IMG/VR virus record: IMGVR_UViG_2927464213_000002
Coordinates: 57,914 to 121,913 of that record
DNA from: a virus
Taxonomy: Duplodnaviria; Caudoviricetes
DNA: 64,000 nucleotides
Reading direction: 5' to 3' (one strand)
Position numbers and translations under genes: made by a program. Positions 27,745 to 39,300 of this stretch are shown here, piece by piece. The notes below the pieces were generated by a model, which was given only the letters and a program-made list of their open reading frames with translations, had not been told where the DNA came from and searched no databases. How positions within the stretch are numbered: position 1 is the stretch's first letter; each line of letters begins with the position of its first letter.

Positions 27745-28962
27745 ATGGCGAAGTATCCGACGCGCCTGATGGACCACATCCTGGCGCCGAACGCGACCGA
27801 ATACGAGCGGACGCTGGCATCCCAGGTCGATCGCCTCCTTGAGCTGGACATTCCGATCCGGCTGCTCTGGAACCCGTGGGAATGCCCGGAGAACCTGCTG
27901 CCTTACCTGGCGTGGGCTCTTTCGGTCGACCTGTGGGACTCGAGCTGGCCGATCACCAAGCGACGCAGTGTCGTCGCCAACGCCATCAGGCATCATCGCC
28001 TGAAGGGCACGCTGCAGGGTATCGACACCTATCTCGATCTCGTGGACAGCAAGCTCTTGAAGGCGCAGACGCCCCCGAGCACGTTGTTCACCGGTCCATC
28101 GCTGACCAAGGAGCAGCGCGAGGCCTGGCTGCAGAAGCTGCCGCAGGTGCGAACCTGGCAGGAGTGGGAGAACGCCACCGCCGACTACCGCATGTTCATG
28201 GGCGGCGGCCGGGCGCATCGCTTCCTGAATGGAAAGTTTCCGTACCCGAACGGAGCTGCTGAGCGAACCGCTCGACGCGCCCGATGGGTCGTCAACGGCG
28301 TCGAGACCGACACCAGGGTCGAGAACTACGGGAGCTACTTCCGGCTCTTCATCAAGGCCAAGCTGCCGTACTCGATCTTCTGCAACACGCCCACCAATCA
28401 GAAGGGCAAATTTCCGATCCCGTCGACCGCCTACAAACGGATCGTCTCGATCGAGCCGATCATGAAGGCGCCCTGGCGCAGCTCGATCAGTCCGCAGCTG
28501 GAGCCGGTGCAGGCGCAGCCGGACCTGGTGGTTCAGGCCGGACACGAAAACGGAAACGCCGTCTTCTCGAACCGGGTGAACTTCCACAAGTTCTTCGTCC
28601 CTTCTCGGGCTGGATATCGCCTCTACATGCGCTACCCGGTCTACGACGCCTCGGTCGAATATCCGGCGAAGCGACCTTCGATCCAGTTCATGGGAGTGGG
28701 GCGTTATGGCGTCAAGCCGAAGACTGCCGAGCTGAAGGTTTCCATGCCGTCGAAGTGGAGCAGGTTCAAGGCCCGCATCAACGAGCCCTTCGTGCCGCGC
28801 TCGCGCTTCTGGACTCCGCATGACGGCACGCAGATGCTGAAGAACCGGAAAGCGGTCGGCGCAGCCAAGCGCCTGTCTGACCAGATCCTGCTCGATACCA
28901 ACACCAAGCCGGGCTTCATCGCCGGCCTGCCGCGTTGGGCTGGCGACAGCATCGTCATCTGA
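27745..28962 (+). CDS. Baseplate/tail protein I (P2 gpI-like), extended
   Basis: LWNPWECP..LLPYLAWALSVD.W...HRLKGT. Confidence 0.88.
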   Translation: MAKYPTRLMDHILAPNATEYERTLASQVDRLLELDIPIRLLWNPWECPENLLPYLAWALSVDLWDSSWPITKRRSVVANAIRHHRLKGTLQGIDTYLDLVDSKLLKAQTPPSTLFTGPSLTKEQREAWLQKLPQVRTWQEWENATADYRMFMGGGRAHRFLNGKFPYPNGAAERTARRARWVVNGVETDTRVENYGSYFRLFIKAKLPYSIFCNTPTNQKGKFPIPSTAYKRIVSIEPIMKAPWRSSISPQLEPVQAQPDLVVQAGHENGNAVFSNRVNFHKFFVPSRAGYRLYMRYPVYDASVEYPAKRPSIQFMGVGRYGVKPKTAELKVSMPSKWSRFKARINEPFVPRSRFWTPHDGTQMLKNRKAVGAAKRLSDQILLDTNTKPGFIAGLPRWAGDSIVI

Positions 28963-29040
28963 TCCAACTCAACCATTGCACATGAGCCCATTGTCCCGCG
29001 GGGACAGTGGGCTTTTTCGTGCGTCAACAAGAGGCCCTCA

Positions 29041-31308
29041 ATGGACCGCAAAGTTATCTTTCGCGACTATCAGGAACAGGTCGCGACCGACCACAACAAC
29101 CTGCAGGAATATGCGCAGCAGGCGATGGACAACATCGTGTTGGACGGCATCAGCGCATCCCGGAAGTACTCCGGGCTGATGGTGACCAAGACCGGCCAGG
29201 TCGAGGTCACGGTTGGCGCCGGCCGGGTCTACGACTTGGGCGCCGTCTACGGGCGCCGGGTCGTCCTGACGCAGTCCGTGGCCACCTACGTGGCTGCCGC
29301 GGCTCGCCGCATCGTCACCGTGTCGGCCTATGGCCAGGAGACGGAGACGGATATCCAGACCCGCGACTATCTGACCGACGTCGACACCGGCACGGTCGAG
29401 CCCCGCGCTGTGTCCATGACCGAGTCCCGCGATGCTCAGCTGGTCTTCACGGCCGGCGCCGAAGCCGCTGACCCGGTTCCTCCGGCCGTTCCTGCGACCC
29501 ACGTCGTGATCGCTCACATCACGCTGGACACCACGCAGATCATCTCGATCGAGATGCAGGATCAGAACGCGGTCGTCTCGACCGACGCCCTCGACATCCG
29601 CACCGACCTGCTGGAGACCTTCCGCGGCATCATCGAGCCGCGAGTGACCTCGCTGGCATCGGACTTGGCCGACCTCGCGAACCGCGTGAAGGGCCTGGCT
29701 GACCAGTCGGACCTCTCCCGGGTCTATCTGGACCTGGCGCGCGTGAAGGAGAGCCTGCGTTATCCGGACGACGCTTCCGGCTTCGACGCTGACTTCTTCC
29801 TGATGCCGAACAAGTCGGACTACAACAACACGCTGTTGCTCGGCTACGACGCAAAGGTCGAAGAGGGCATCCGGTTCAACGACGCCAACAAGAACCAGTT
29901 CGAAATCTCGCTGTTCTCGGCGAACGATCCGAACGCGTCTCTGGCCGGCGGCTACCTGATGCCGAAGTACAGCAACGTCCTGAAGATCCAGACGGGCCCC
30001 TACACCTCGTCGCTCGGCATCTCGCAGTACGGCTATCAGGTGCATTCGATGCAGGTCGGCTACATGGCCCGCTCGCGTGTCCGGTACGGCGGCAGCTACA
30101 CGGTCTGCACCAACGGCAACAACTTCAGCACCCCGGGTCAAGCTGTCGACACCACCAACCTGTACGACTTCAACACCACGGGCTTCACGACGGTTCAGAA
30201 CAACGGCGCGTCGTGGGATCATCCCTACGCCTGGCAGCGCACGGACTACTACTGGATCGACACCTGGCAAGAGCCGTTCATGTACGAGGTCACCACCGAC
30301 CTCTCGATCACGGGCGCGCAGGTTGCTCAGACCTTCCTGGTCTCGAACGACATCATCGCGACCCAGCTCGGCTTCTACATCACGGCCAAGGCCGCGAATG
30401 AAGACATCCACCTCGCGCTCTGCGAAGTGACCGCTGGTATGCCCGACCTGTCCAAGGTCTGCCTGAAGACGACCTACCCGCAGGCCCAGATCGGCACGGG
30501 TTGGAACATCTGCCCGATCCAGCCGACCTTCCTCGGGAAGGGCAAGCGTTACGCGCTCGTGTTCATCTCGAACGCGAACCACCAGATCGGCATGACCTCC
30601 GGTCAGAACTATCTGGACGGCACGTTCTTCTACTCGACGGACGGCATCTACTATATGGGCGACCTGACCAAGGACATGATGATCCAGGTCTACGGCGCTC
30701 AGTTCGCTTCGGCTCAGGTCGCGATCGAGTTCGCTCCGATCAACCTGGACGGCGGCTTCCGGGATATCGACATCCTGGCTGAGCAGTGGGTTCCGGGTTC
30801 GTGCCAGCTCGTTTACGAGATGCGGCCGAACGGTACCGGTCAGTGGCAGCCGCTGATCGCGGACAACGCCGGCATCCTCGCCGTCGCTCCGCCGCTGGCG
30901 CAGTTCAGGGCTCGGTTCATCGGCACTCAGGACATGATGCCGATCCTGCATCTGACGGGTTCGCGCGTGACGGTCTCGCGGCCGAAGACGGTCTTCAAGC
31001 ACGTCTCGACCAAGCTGACCGTGCCGGCGATGGCAAACGCCGCGAACAACCTGACGTTCGTGAACCTGCTCGAAATGTTCGATCCGACGCCGCACACCTA
31101 CGGCATCTCGGTTCGGGTCGGCTCGACGGATTACACGCCGAACGCGACCGTCACCGAGCTGAAGGACTCGAAAGCGAAGCGCTACCAGAAGACTTACACG
31201 TTCAGTCTCCCGGCCGGCACCACGCAGTTCACGATCGTCCAGACCGGAACGACCAACTCTCCGCAGGTCACGTACCACGTCGCCGAGCGGGTCTTCTACA
31301 CCAAGTAA
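29041..31308 (+). CDS. Large baseplate/fibre-anchor structural protein
   Basis: 755-aa beta-rich ORF between gpI and the tail fibre. Confidence 0.7.
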   Translation: MDRKVIFRDYQEQVATDHNNLQEYAQQAMDNIVLDGISASRKYSGLMVTKTGQVEVTVGAGRVYDLGAVYGRRVVLTQSVATYVAAAARRIVTVSAYGQETETDIQTRDYLTDVDTGTVEPRAVSMTESRDAQLVFTAGAEAADPVPPAVPATHVVIAHITLDTTQIISIEMQDQNAVVSTDALDIRTDLLETFRGIIEPRVTSLASDLADLANRVKGLADQSDLSRVYLDLARVKESLRYPDDASGFDADFFLMPNKSDYNNTLLLGYDAKVEEGIRFNDANKNQFEISLFSANDPNASLAGGYLMPKYSNVLKIQTGPYTSSLGISQYGYQVHSMQVGYMARSRVRYGGSYTVCTNGNNFSTPGQAVDTTNLYDFNTTGFTTVQNNGASWDHPYAWQRTDYYWIDTWQEPFMYEVTTDLSITGAQVAQTFLVSNDIIATQLGFYITAKAANEDIHLALCEVTAGMPDLSKVCLKTTYPQAQIGTGWNICPIQPTFLGKGKRYALVFISNANHQIGMTSGQNYLDGTFFYSTDGIYYMGDLTKDMMIQVYGAQFASAQVAIEFAPINLDGGFRDIDILAEQWVPGSCQLVYEMRPNGTGQWQPLIADNAGILAVAPPLAQFRARFIGTQDMMPILHLTGSRVTVSRPKTVFKHVSTKLTVPAMANAANNLTFVNLLEMFDPTPHTYGISVRVGSTDYTPNATVTELKDSKAKRYQKTYTFSLPAGTTQFTIVQTGTTNSPQVTYHVAERVFYTK

Positions 31309-31320
31309 GGAATCCACTTC

Positions 31321-31512
31321 ATGGCAGACAACGAAAACGGGGCCGCTCCGGCGGCTCCGAGCATCGACCCGAACAAGAGCTATCGCCTGACGCTCGCTCG
31401 GGCGGTCGAAATCGCTCCCAAGATTTGGGCGCGTCCCGGCAGCGACGTGGTCGTCAAGGGCTCGCTGATCGCCGACTACGGCGATGCGGTCACCAGCTAC
31501 GAAGAGGTCTAA
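31321..31512 (+). CDS. Small hypothetical tail-region protein
   Basis: AAGGA RBS; fills the operon gap. Confidence 0.6.
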   Translation: MADNENGAAPAAPSIDPNKSYRLTLARAVEIAPKIWARPGSDVVVKGSLIADYGDAVTSYEEV

Positions 31513-31515
31513 GAC

Positions 31516-33039
31516 GTGGCTCGCCGGTATGATCAGTACTACCGGGTAAAGCCGAGGGACAACCTCGGCGATCCCGAATATTGGAACCGGCGTTTCGATG
31601 ACATCGATCGCCGCGTTTCTTCGAACGAGGACGAACTCGACGCAATCGACGGTCTGACCGCCTACATTGAGGGCCTCGCCCTCAACCGGCTGGACCTGGT
31701 CTTGGCGCCAGCGCTCGACAAGATCGCGCTGGTGTCGGAGCAAGGCTTCTTGCTCGCTCACTCCAATTCACAGGTGACGCTGGACGTGAACACCACCCAG
31801 GTGTTTGCGATCCCGGATCTGGCGGAGCGCGAGCTGTTCGCGCCTTCGCCGTTCGTCACCATCGCCCGCAAGGGCAGCATGACCGACTACGCCTTCGCCG
31901 AGCTGGTCGCTTGGGATAGGAACTCCGGCCAGCTGACGCTGCGCCCGCGGGCAATCTTCGGAAATCCCGGACCGTTCATCGACTGGGTAATCTACGTCGG
32001 CTCCGCCATCCAAGAGGCGGTCATGGACACTCTCGCGAAGTGCGAGGCGGCCCGTGATCTGACCCTCCAGTACAAGTCGAATGCGGACGCAGACGCTGCC
32101 GCAACGGCAGCCGATCGGGCAGCCATCGGCCTGATGAAGGGTGATGCCCTGGCAGCTCGGGATGCGGCTCAGTCGTATGCTGCTGCTGCCCAGACCTGGG
32201 ATCCTTCGCTCTACTACTCTAAGGTGACCGTCGATGCGACGTTCGTCGCGTTCGGCAAGGCTCAGACACTTCCCGATGCCAGCAAAGTCCAGGCTCGTAA
32301 GAACATCGGCATCCTCCAGACGGAACCGATCGCAGCGAATACGAACTGGAACACCCTCATGGCTCCGGGCACGTATTACACGTTGAGCCCGACCGGGGTG
32401 ACCAACGCGCCGTCAACCGGAACGTATTGGTATCTGACCGTCGACAGCTACGGCAGCAACCCGACGCACTATTGCGTTCAGCAGGCTGTCCAGCTCGACA
32501 CGAACACTGCCGTCGTCAAATGGATCCGCGTCTTCGCGAATGACATCTGGACGCCGTGGCGCCGGGTCATGCTCGGAGTCAACAACCTCTCCGACGTCGA
32601 CAATCCCGCGCAGGCGAGGACGAACATCGGCGCGCAGGCGAACCTCGGCTTCACGCCTGCAAACAAGGCTGGCGACACGTTCACCGGCAACATCTCGGCC
32701 CCCGCCGTCATCGCGACCGGCAATACATGGGCCTATGGCGGCGTGCTCTATCTCAACTCTGGAGGCACCGGATATCTCCAGTACATGGGCGGAGCGGCCT
32801 ACTATCTCGGCAGCGCCGGCTACATCTGGCATCAGGGCAACATCAACCCGGTGATCAGCATGCGGACCGTTTATGCGGGCGATTGGAGTCCGGGTTGGGG
32901 TGGTGCGCTGGAGGAGCCCTACGGTGGGAGTGCGGTCGTTACCGGCGTGTCCGGGAACAGCGGTTATACGGCTGCTCGATATCGATACATCCAGTATCAG
33001 GTCGGCTCCGGAAGCTGGTACAACATCAACGTGGCATAA
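31516..33039 (+). CDS. Tail fibre protein with knob-like domain
   Basis: QARKNIG, NWNTLMAPGTYY...NAPS...WTPWRR, NNLSDV...ARTNIGA, NKAGDTFTG and IWHQGN fibre motifs. Confidence 0.85.
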   Translation: MARRYDQYYRVKPRDNLGDPEYWNRRFDDIDRRVSSNEDELDAIDGLTAYIEGLALNRLDLVLAPALDKIALVSEQGFLLAHSNSQVTLDVNTTQVFAIPDLAERELFAPSPFVTIARKGSMTDYAFAELVAWDRNSGQLTLRPRAIFGNPGPFIDWVIYVGSAIQEAVMDTLAKCEAARDLTLQYKSNADADAAATAADRAAIGLMKGDALAARDAAQSYAAAAQTWDPSLYYSKVTVDATFVAFGKAQTLPDASKVQARKNIGILQTEPIAANTNWNTLMAPGTYYTLSPTGVTNAPSTGTYWYLTVDSYGSNPTHYCVQQAVQLDTNTAVVKWIRVFANDIWTPWRRVMLGVNNLSDVDNPAQARTNIGAQANLGFTPANKAGDTFTGNISAPAVIATGNTWAYGGVLYLNSGGTGYLQYMGGAAYYLGSAGYIWHQGNINPVISMRTVYAGDWSPGWGGALEEPYGGSAVVTGVSGNSGYTAARYRYIQYQVGSGSWYNINVA

Positions 33040-33045
33040 GCTGAC

Positions 33046-33621
33046 ATGAACATCATCAACCACGGAACTTGGACGCGATACGAGCCCGATCCGTATCCGG
33101 CCGATCTCCCGCCCAACATCCTCTTCGCGAAGAGTGATGTCACGGGGCGGGACTGGTACGACGCTCTCTATGGAGAGACACCGCTTTGCGCGGCCGACAG
33201 CGTCAAGGTCACCGCAACCAAGGAAGCGGACGGATCGTGGCGGCTCCAGGCAGTGAACAAGGATGCGACGAAGGTGTTTCCGATCGGCGGCCTCTTGCTC
33301 GAAATCACCGGTTACAGCGGAGCCGATCTTCAGGCTGACTTCGGTCAGAAGAGGTTCGATGCGACGACGGGCGAGATCACGGAGTTTCCCCCGCGCGCCC
33401 GCGTGGTTTCTGCGCGGCAGATCAGGTTGGCTCTCAATCAGATCAACCTGCGATCCGACGTCGAGGCCTGGGTGAAGACTCAAGACCAGAACACCCAAGA
33501 CAACTGGAACTACGCGACCGAGTTCGTCGAGGACAATCCGCTCATCGTGGCCTGCGTGGCAGGCCTCGGGAAATCTGAGGCTGAGAAGACCGCGCTCTTC
33601 GATTTGGCGCTGACGTTCTAG
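33046..33621 (+). CDS. Tail fibre assembly chaperone-like protein
   Basis: Follows the fibre gene; GRDWYD and VSARQIRLAL...WNYATEF motifs. Confidence 0.75.
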   Translation: MNIINHGTWTRYEPDPYPADLPPNILFAKSDVTGRDWYDALYGETPLCAADSVKVTATKEADGSWRLQAVNKDATKVFPIGGLLLEITGYSGADLQADFGQKRFDATTGEITEFPPRARVVSARQIRLALNQINLRSDVEAWVKTQDQNTQDNWNYATEFVEDNPLIVACVAGLGKSEAEKTALFDLALTF

Positions 33622-33652
33622 CCGACCGACCAACACCAACAACACCCAAGCC

Positions 33653-33687
33653 AGGCCGCTCCCTAACCGGGGCGGCCTTTTCTTTTG
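33653..33687 (+). terminator. Rho-independent terminator
   Basis: AGGCCGCTCC-CTAACC-GGGGCGGCCT then TTTCTTTT. Confidence 0.7.
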
Positions 33688-33695
33688 GAGAACCC

Positions 33696-35132
33696 ATGAC
33701 TGTTCAATACCTCCACGGCCTCGAGACGATCGAACTCGACAGCCCTTCCGGTCCGGTTGAGACCGTCAAGTCGAACGTGATCGGCTTGGTCGGCACGGCG
33801 CCGGACGCTGACCCGGATATCTTCCCGCTCAACACTCCGGTGCCGGTGTTCGCCGACGCACTGAAGGCGGGTCAGCTGAAGTCCACCGGCACGCTGCTCG
33901 ACGCGGTTGACGCCATCTACAGCCAGAAGTCGGCTGTGATCGTGGTGACCCGTGTCGCCGAAGGCGAGAGCCAGGAAGAGAGCTGGTCGAACGCGGTAGG
34001 TTCGCCGTCCGGCAAGACCGGCATCTGGTCGCTGCTCAAGGCCCGACCGATGCTCCGCGTCGTGCCGAAGCTGCTCGTCGCTCCGGGTTTGACCGGCGGT
34101 CGCCCGACCAACGGCGTCAAGAACCTCGTGATCGGCGACCAGGGCACTGCCTACGTCCTCGCCACCACGAACATCGTCATCCAGACTCCCCCGGCCGGCG
34201 GTCGCCAGGCGAAGGCGGTCCCGCAGGTGGTTGGCGGCAAGCTGACCGGTGCGATCATCACCGACCCGGGCTACGGCTACACCGATCCCCCGACCGTGAC
34301 CATCACCGGCGCAGGCACGGGCGCCTCGGTCACCGCAACCCTCGGCCACGTCGCCAACCCGGTTGGTGTTGCCTTCGCCTCCATCGTTGACCGCCTCCGC
34401 GCGGTGGCGTTCCTGGACGGTCCCGGCACCTCGTACGAAGACGCGGTCGAGTACCGCGGCGACTACGGCAGCCAGCGCATCTCGATCGTCGATCCGGGCG
34501 TCCTGAGCTGGGATACCGAGAACTCCGTCTACGTGCAGAAGCCTGCTTCGGCCTACGCGGCCGGCATCCAGGCGCGCGTCGATGAAGAGAAGGGCTTCTG
34601 GTACACGTTCTCGAACGAGCTGATCCAGAACATCGGCGGCCCGTCGCGTCCGGTCGACTTCATGCCGAACGACCGCGACTGCGAAGCGAACATGCTCAAC
34701 GCCTCCCAGGTCACGACCGTCATCCACGACGACGGCTTCCGGTTCTGGGGTGTGCGCGGCACCGGCACCGACCCGCTCTGGGCGCACCTCTCGGTTCGCC
34801 GCACCGCGGACATGGTGTACGAGAGCCTGGAGCGCGCCGAGCGCAGCCGAATGGACAAGCCGTTCAGCCTGCAGCTGCTCGCCGACATCCAGCTCGACGT
34901 CAACTCCTACCTCCGACTGCTCCGCTCGCGCGGCGCGCTGATCGGCGGCAAGTGCTGGATCGATGCGAACATCAACACCCCGGCGACCTTCGCTGCGGGT
35001 GAGCTGACGGTCGACTTCGACCTCGAACCGCCGGCGCTCCTGGAGCACCTGCAGTTCCGCGCTCGCCGCAACCCGCAGTACTACGTCGACTTCATCGAAG
35101 AGTTCAATCGGTCGGTCGCCTCCAACGGCTAA
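33696..35132 (+). CDS. Tail sheath protein (P2 FI-like)
   Basis: YLHGLETIE...IGLVGTAPDAD...FPLNTPV...GFRFWG.R...VRRTAD. Confidence 0.95.
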   Translation: MTVQYLHGLETIELDSPSGPVETVKSNVIGLVGTAPDADPDIFPLNTPVPVFADALKAGQLKSTGTLLDAVDAIYSQKSAVIVVTRVAEGESQEESWSNAVGSPSGKTGIWSLLKARPMLRVVPKLLVAPGLTGGRPTNGVKNLVIGDQGTAYVLATTNIVIQTPPAGGRQAKAVPQVVGGKLTGAIITDPGYGYTDPPTVTITGAGTGASVTATLGHVANPVGVAFASIVDRLRAVAFLDGPGTSYEDAVEYRGDYGSQRISIVDPGVLSWDTENSVYVQKPASAYAAGIQARVDEEKGFWYTFSNELIQNIGGPSRPVDFMPNDRDCEANMLNASQVTTVIHDDGFRFWGVRGTGTDPLWAHLSVRRTADMVYESLERAERSRMDKPFSLQLLADIQLDVNSYLRLLRSRGALIGGKCWIDANINTPATFAAGELTVDFDLEPPALLEHLQFRARRNPQYYVDFIEEFNRSVASNG

Positions 35133-35223
35133 GGCGTAGCACTCCACCAACAACCCAAAAGAGCCAACCGAGCCGCTCGATCCCTCGTGGGTCGGGCGCG
35201 CTTCGGCGTGGCCGGAGAGATAA

Positions 35224-35754
35224 ATGACCACGAGCAATCTTCGCGACTCCAACATTCTCCAGGACTTCACCGTCTGGATCGACGGCGTCGGCAAGATCGG
35301 CGAAGCGCCGAACTTCCAGCCGCCCGAGATCAACATCGCCGTGGAAGAGTTCCGCGGCGGCGGCATGGACGGCACCGTCGAAATTCCCTTCGGCATCGAA
35401 AAGATCGAGTTCGATTTCACCCTCCATACCTGGGACGAACAGATCTGGACGAAGCTGGGTTACGGCCCGGGTTCGCTCGACGTGCCGATCACGTTCCGCG
35501 GCTACCTGCTCACCCCGGGCGGCGGCGACAAGGGTGTGGTGATCACCACGCTGTGTCTGGTGAAGGCGATCAAGACGGGCAAGGCGGAAGCCGGCAAGAA
35601 GGTCGAAATGACCATCAACGTCTGCGCCAACTACTACCAGCACAACATCGACGGCAATGTCGTCGCTGAAATCGACGTCTTCAACAAGGTCACCATGATC
35701 GGTGGCGTCGACAAGAGCGCGAACGCGCGCCGGATCCTGGGCTTCACCTCCTAA
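35224..35754 (+). CDS. Tail tube protein (P2 FII-like)
   Basis: EEFRGGGMDG...GIEKIE...YY...IDG...EIDV.N...IGGVD...R..LG. Confidence 0.93.
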   Translation: MTTSNLRDSNILQDFTVWIDGVGKIGEAPNFQPPEINIAVEEFRGGGMDGTVEIPFGIEKIEFDFTLHTWDEQIWTKLGYGPGSLDVPITFRGYLLTPGGGDKGVVITTLCLVKAIKTGKAEAGKKVEMTINVCANYYQHNIDGNVVAEIDVFNKVTMIGGVDKSANARRILGFTS

Positions 35755-35836
35755 GGCTTAGCCAGGCTCCCAACTCAAGGCCCTGCCATGCGGCGGGGCC
35801 TTTTTCTTTTTCCCCCAGCAATAGGTGTGCAAACCA

Positions 35837-36112
35837 ATGGCAAACGAAATCAAGCAGGAAACCTTCAACCTCTCCCATCCCTTCGAGTACCGCGGCGCGA
35901 CGTACGTCGAGATGAAGGCTCGCCGCCCGAAGGTGCGCGACCTCCGCAACTTCATCAAGAACATGGAGAAGGATGCCATCGCCGCGATGGAGAAGGTGCT
36001 CGCGGATCTCTGCGAGGTCGACGAGAAGGTGATCTCCGAGATCGACGTCGAGGACTTCGCTCCGATGAAGAAGTGGTTCGAGGATTTTTTGAAGCCCATG
36101 GCGAGCGAATAA
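35837..36112 (+). CDS. Tail assembly chaperone (gpE-like)
   Basis: LSHPFE...RRPKVRDL...LADLCEV...EIDVEDF; lies between tube and tape measure. Confidence 0.88.
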   Translation: MANEIKQETFNLSHPFEYRGATYVEMKARRPKVRDLRNFIKNMEKDAIAAMEKVLADLCEVDEKVISEIDVEDFAPMKKWFEDFLKPMASE

Positions 36113-36273
36113 GCCGCATCATCGCCGACGCATTCCCGGTCTTCGAGCGTTTCCACTGGACGCTCGAAACCGTGGATCGAATGGACTTCGACGACTTCAT
36201 CCTCGTCGCTGACGGCGTCCAAGCACTGAACCAACGAGACGCCGAAGCAATCAAAGCTGCCCAGGGCAAATAG
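36085..36273 (+). CDS. -1 programmed frameshift extension (gpE'-like) from slippery TTTTTTG at 36085-36091
   Basis: GAT TTT TTG in the E frame; the -1 frame stays open and encodes FHWTLETVDRMDFDDF. Confidence 0.8.
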   Translation, partial: FFEAHGERISRIIADAFPVFERFHWTLETVDRMDFDDFILVADGVQALNQRDAEAIKAAQGK

Positions 36274-36314
36274 CGCCCTGGGTTTTTTCTTTTGCGAATA
36301 GCCAGGGAGCTGCA

Positions 36315-39300
36315 ATGGCCGACGAACACATGAAGATGATTGCCGAGCTGGAGTTTCGCTCCAGCGGCTCGGCGACCATCGCAGCTCTGCAGGCGAAGAT
36401 TAAGGCTCTCAAAGAGCAGATCAATAAGAGCTTCGCGAAGAACGCCATAACGACTCCGATCGTGTCGCCCCAGCTGATGAAGGATCTGCAGGGGACCGGC
36501 AAGGCCATCAACGGCCTGACCAAGAAATACGTCGACATGGCCAAGGAAGCTCGCGAGCTGGGCCAGATGAACGCGCGTGTCTACAAGGGCATGCAGCGAG
36601 ACATTCAGGCGCACGCGCGGGCGTGGCAGAAGGCGTCGGGCTCCCAGAAGGACGACCTCGCCAAGTCTCTGAAGGAAAAGATCAAGTATCACCAGGCTTA
36701 TCGCTCGGTCTACAACAAGGAAAATCAGCGCGTCCTGGGCATGACGGCGTCTCTGCACAAGGCAGAGACCGATCTGCATCTCGCCCAGTGGCGTAATCGG
36801 GAGCGCATTGATCGGCAGCAGCGCGCGTCAGCGCTTCGATCGCGTGCCGCGTTCGCAGCGTCCATGCGCACCGTCGCTGGATCTGTCCGGAGCGGCAGCT
36901 TCCAGGCCGGCCTCATCGGTGGCGGTCTGGCGTACGGCACCGGCCGCGCCGTCAGCTCGGCGATCCGATCGGCAACCGACATGGATCGTGCGGAAGCCAA
37001 CGCCCGCATCAACATGGACGAGAAGGATATCCCCGGCGGCTTCGCCGGCCTTCGTGAGCGCATTCTGCCGAAAGCCGTTCAGCTCGGTCAGGACCCGGCC
37101 CGCTATATGCAGACGGTCGTTGAGGCGGCCAAGGCCGGTGTTCCGGAAAGGATGTCGGAACAGACGGGCGAGATGGTCACCATGCTCGCCAAGACCTTCG
37201 GCGTCGAAGCTGACCAGGCCATGGACGGCATGGGTTACGCGATCGCGCAGGAATTTGGTGCCGGCCGATTGAAGGACATCCAGGGTGTCCGTCGCCTCGG
37301 CAACATCGCTGCGTTCCTGGCGGCGAAGACTGCCGCGCGTCCCGACCAGATGTTCTCGTTCCTCCGCACCGGTATGGGCTCCGGCGCGCTGCTCGGAATG
37401 AACCAGCAGTCGACTCTGGCGTTCGGCGCCTCGGCCATCCAGGCCGGTGCTCAGGGCCAGCAGGCCGCTCGATTCCTCGGCAGCCTCGGCGAAACGCTCG
37501 CCGAACTGACGATGGAAGCGAACGCCATCACCAAGAAGCACCATCGGTCCGAGAAGGACCGGCTGTTCATGAGCCTTCCCGGTCAGCTGGGGTATGGCTC
37601 GTACGGCGAGATCGAGCAGAAACTCAAGAAGGACCCCAACAAGGGTATCTTCGACCTGATCAGCTCGTTCCAGAAGATCAAGGCGCCGCTCGATCGGCAG
37701 AAGGCGATGTCGGCAATGTTCGGCGCCGACTTCGGTCGGTTCTTGGCGAACATGATCGCGTCTCCCGAGATGCTCAAGCGCACGAAGGAGCTGGCAGAGC
37801 AGGCGGCAACCCAGACTGAAGGCAACGACTTCATCAGCGAAGCGTGGGGTGAGTACAGCAAGAGCCTCGAGTTCTTGATGGGCCGCATCGGCGCCACCTG
37901 GAAGGTCATCAAGACCGAGTTGGGCTCCACCTTCAAGCCGTTCGTCGAGCAGCTCAGCCTGTACATCAGCGACTGGTACAACGCAGTCAAGACCGGAGGT
38001 CTGAAGGACAAGCTCACTGCGGTCCTGAATGGATTGACCGAGGGCTTCCTCGGCAAGTCTGGCACGTTCCGTGACCTGCTGGAGCATATGTTCGGGAAGC
38101 CCGGTGAGGGCGGTCTCGGCAATACAGAAACCTACTTCAAGTTCGCTCGTGGCTTCGCCACAGGCCTGCGTGAAGTCGGAGAGATGATCTCCAACGTCAT
38201 GTCGAAGCTGTCCAGCTACTTCGGCGCCAACGGCGACGCGGAGGCGATGGGTCGCTTCACTGCGAAGATCATCGCGCTGGTCGGCGCGCTCGTGATCCTG
38301 GGACCGGTTATCTCGGTCCTGTCCTCGTTCGTGACTCTGGTTGGTGCTCTGGCTGCCATCTTCGGCTCACCGGCACTGGCTGCCGGAGTCGCAACTGCGC
38401 TCCAGAACTCCGGCGTCAACAAGTCGAGGATCAGGGAGAAGGGCGAGTCCTACGAGTCCTGGCAGAAGCGGATCACCGAAGACAAGGCGGCTCGTTACCA
38501 GAAGCAGTCCGGTTCGGGCTTCAACCCGGCTGACGTCCACCCGATGAACTACCTTGGTGACAAGCTCGACAAGTTCGGCGGCAAGATCGAACGAGCTTCG
38601 CTCATGAGCACCGACTTCAGCGCCATGCGGCGCGGTGTCGGTCTCGGCTACGCCTACGAAGGTGCCAGCTCCTCTTTGGCTGGCGGCGGAGGCGGCGGCA
38701 TGCGCCTGCTCAGCGGCGTCGGTACTCCCGACGCTCTGATCAAGAACGTCACGCCGGGCGGCGCGCTCCCGAACTTCGGTGTCGGGACGGGCGGCATCAT
38801 CGGTCGTGGTGGAAGGGGTAGCTCCGGTGTCGGCAGTGCTCCAGATGTTGGGACCAGCGTCCCCGCTGGCGGCCCGGCTGACATGAGCGTCGGCCAAGGC
38901 TTGGGTGGAAACGCCTTCCTCGCTGCTCGGCGCGCTCGCTTCGACCAGGAGCTGAAGGACGATCCGACCCTGAGAATGCACCTCGCTGCAATGCAGGCGA
39001 CCGAGGGCGCGAGCAGGGGAGGTACGATCGAAAGCCTCATGAACCGTGCGGACATGCAGGGCAAGACCATGCGTCAGATGCTCGGCTACAGTGCCGATGG
39101 CCGGATCAACCCGAGGAGCTTCTACGGTCCCATCCGTCGAGGCGAACTTGGGCCGACGATCGAGCGACTGAAGCGCAATCCGAAGGAGTTCGCCAAGTAC
39201 GACGCGCTCACGAACCGCGCGCTCGCCGGCAGCCACATCATCGGTGGTCACACCGACCAGGGCTTGCCGACCGATCCCAACGGGTCGGCGCGAACCGGCA

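Noticed and set aside
31516-33621. Diversity-generating retroelement or invertible fibre cassette
   Set aside because: No reverse transcriptase, no template/variable repeat pair, and no invertase or inverted fibre copy.
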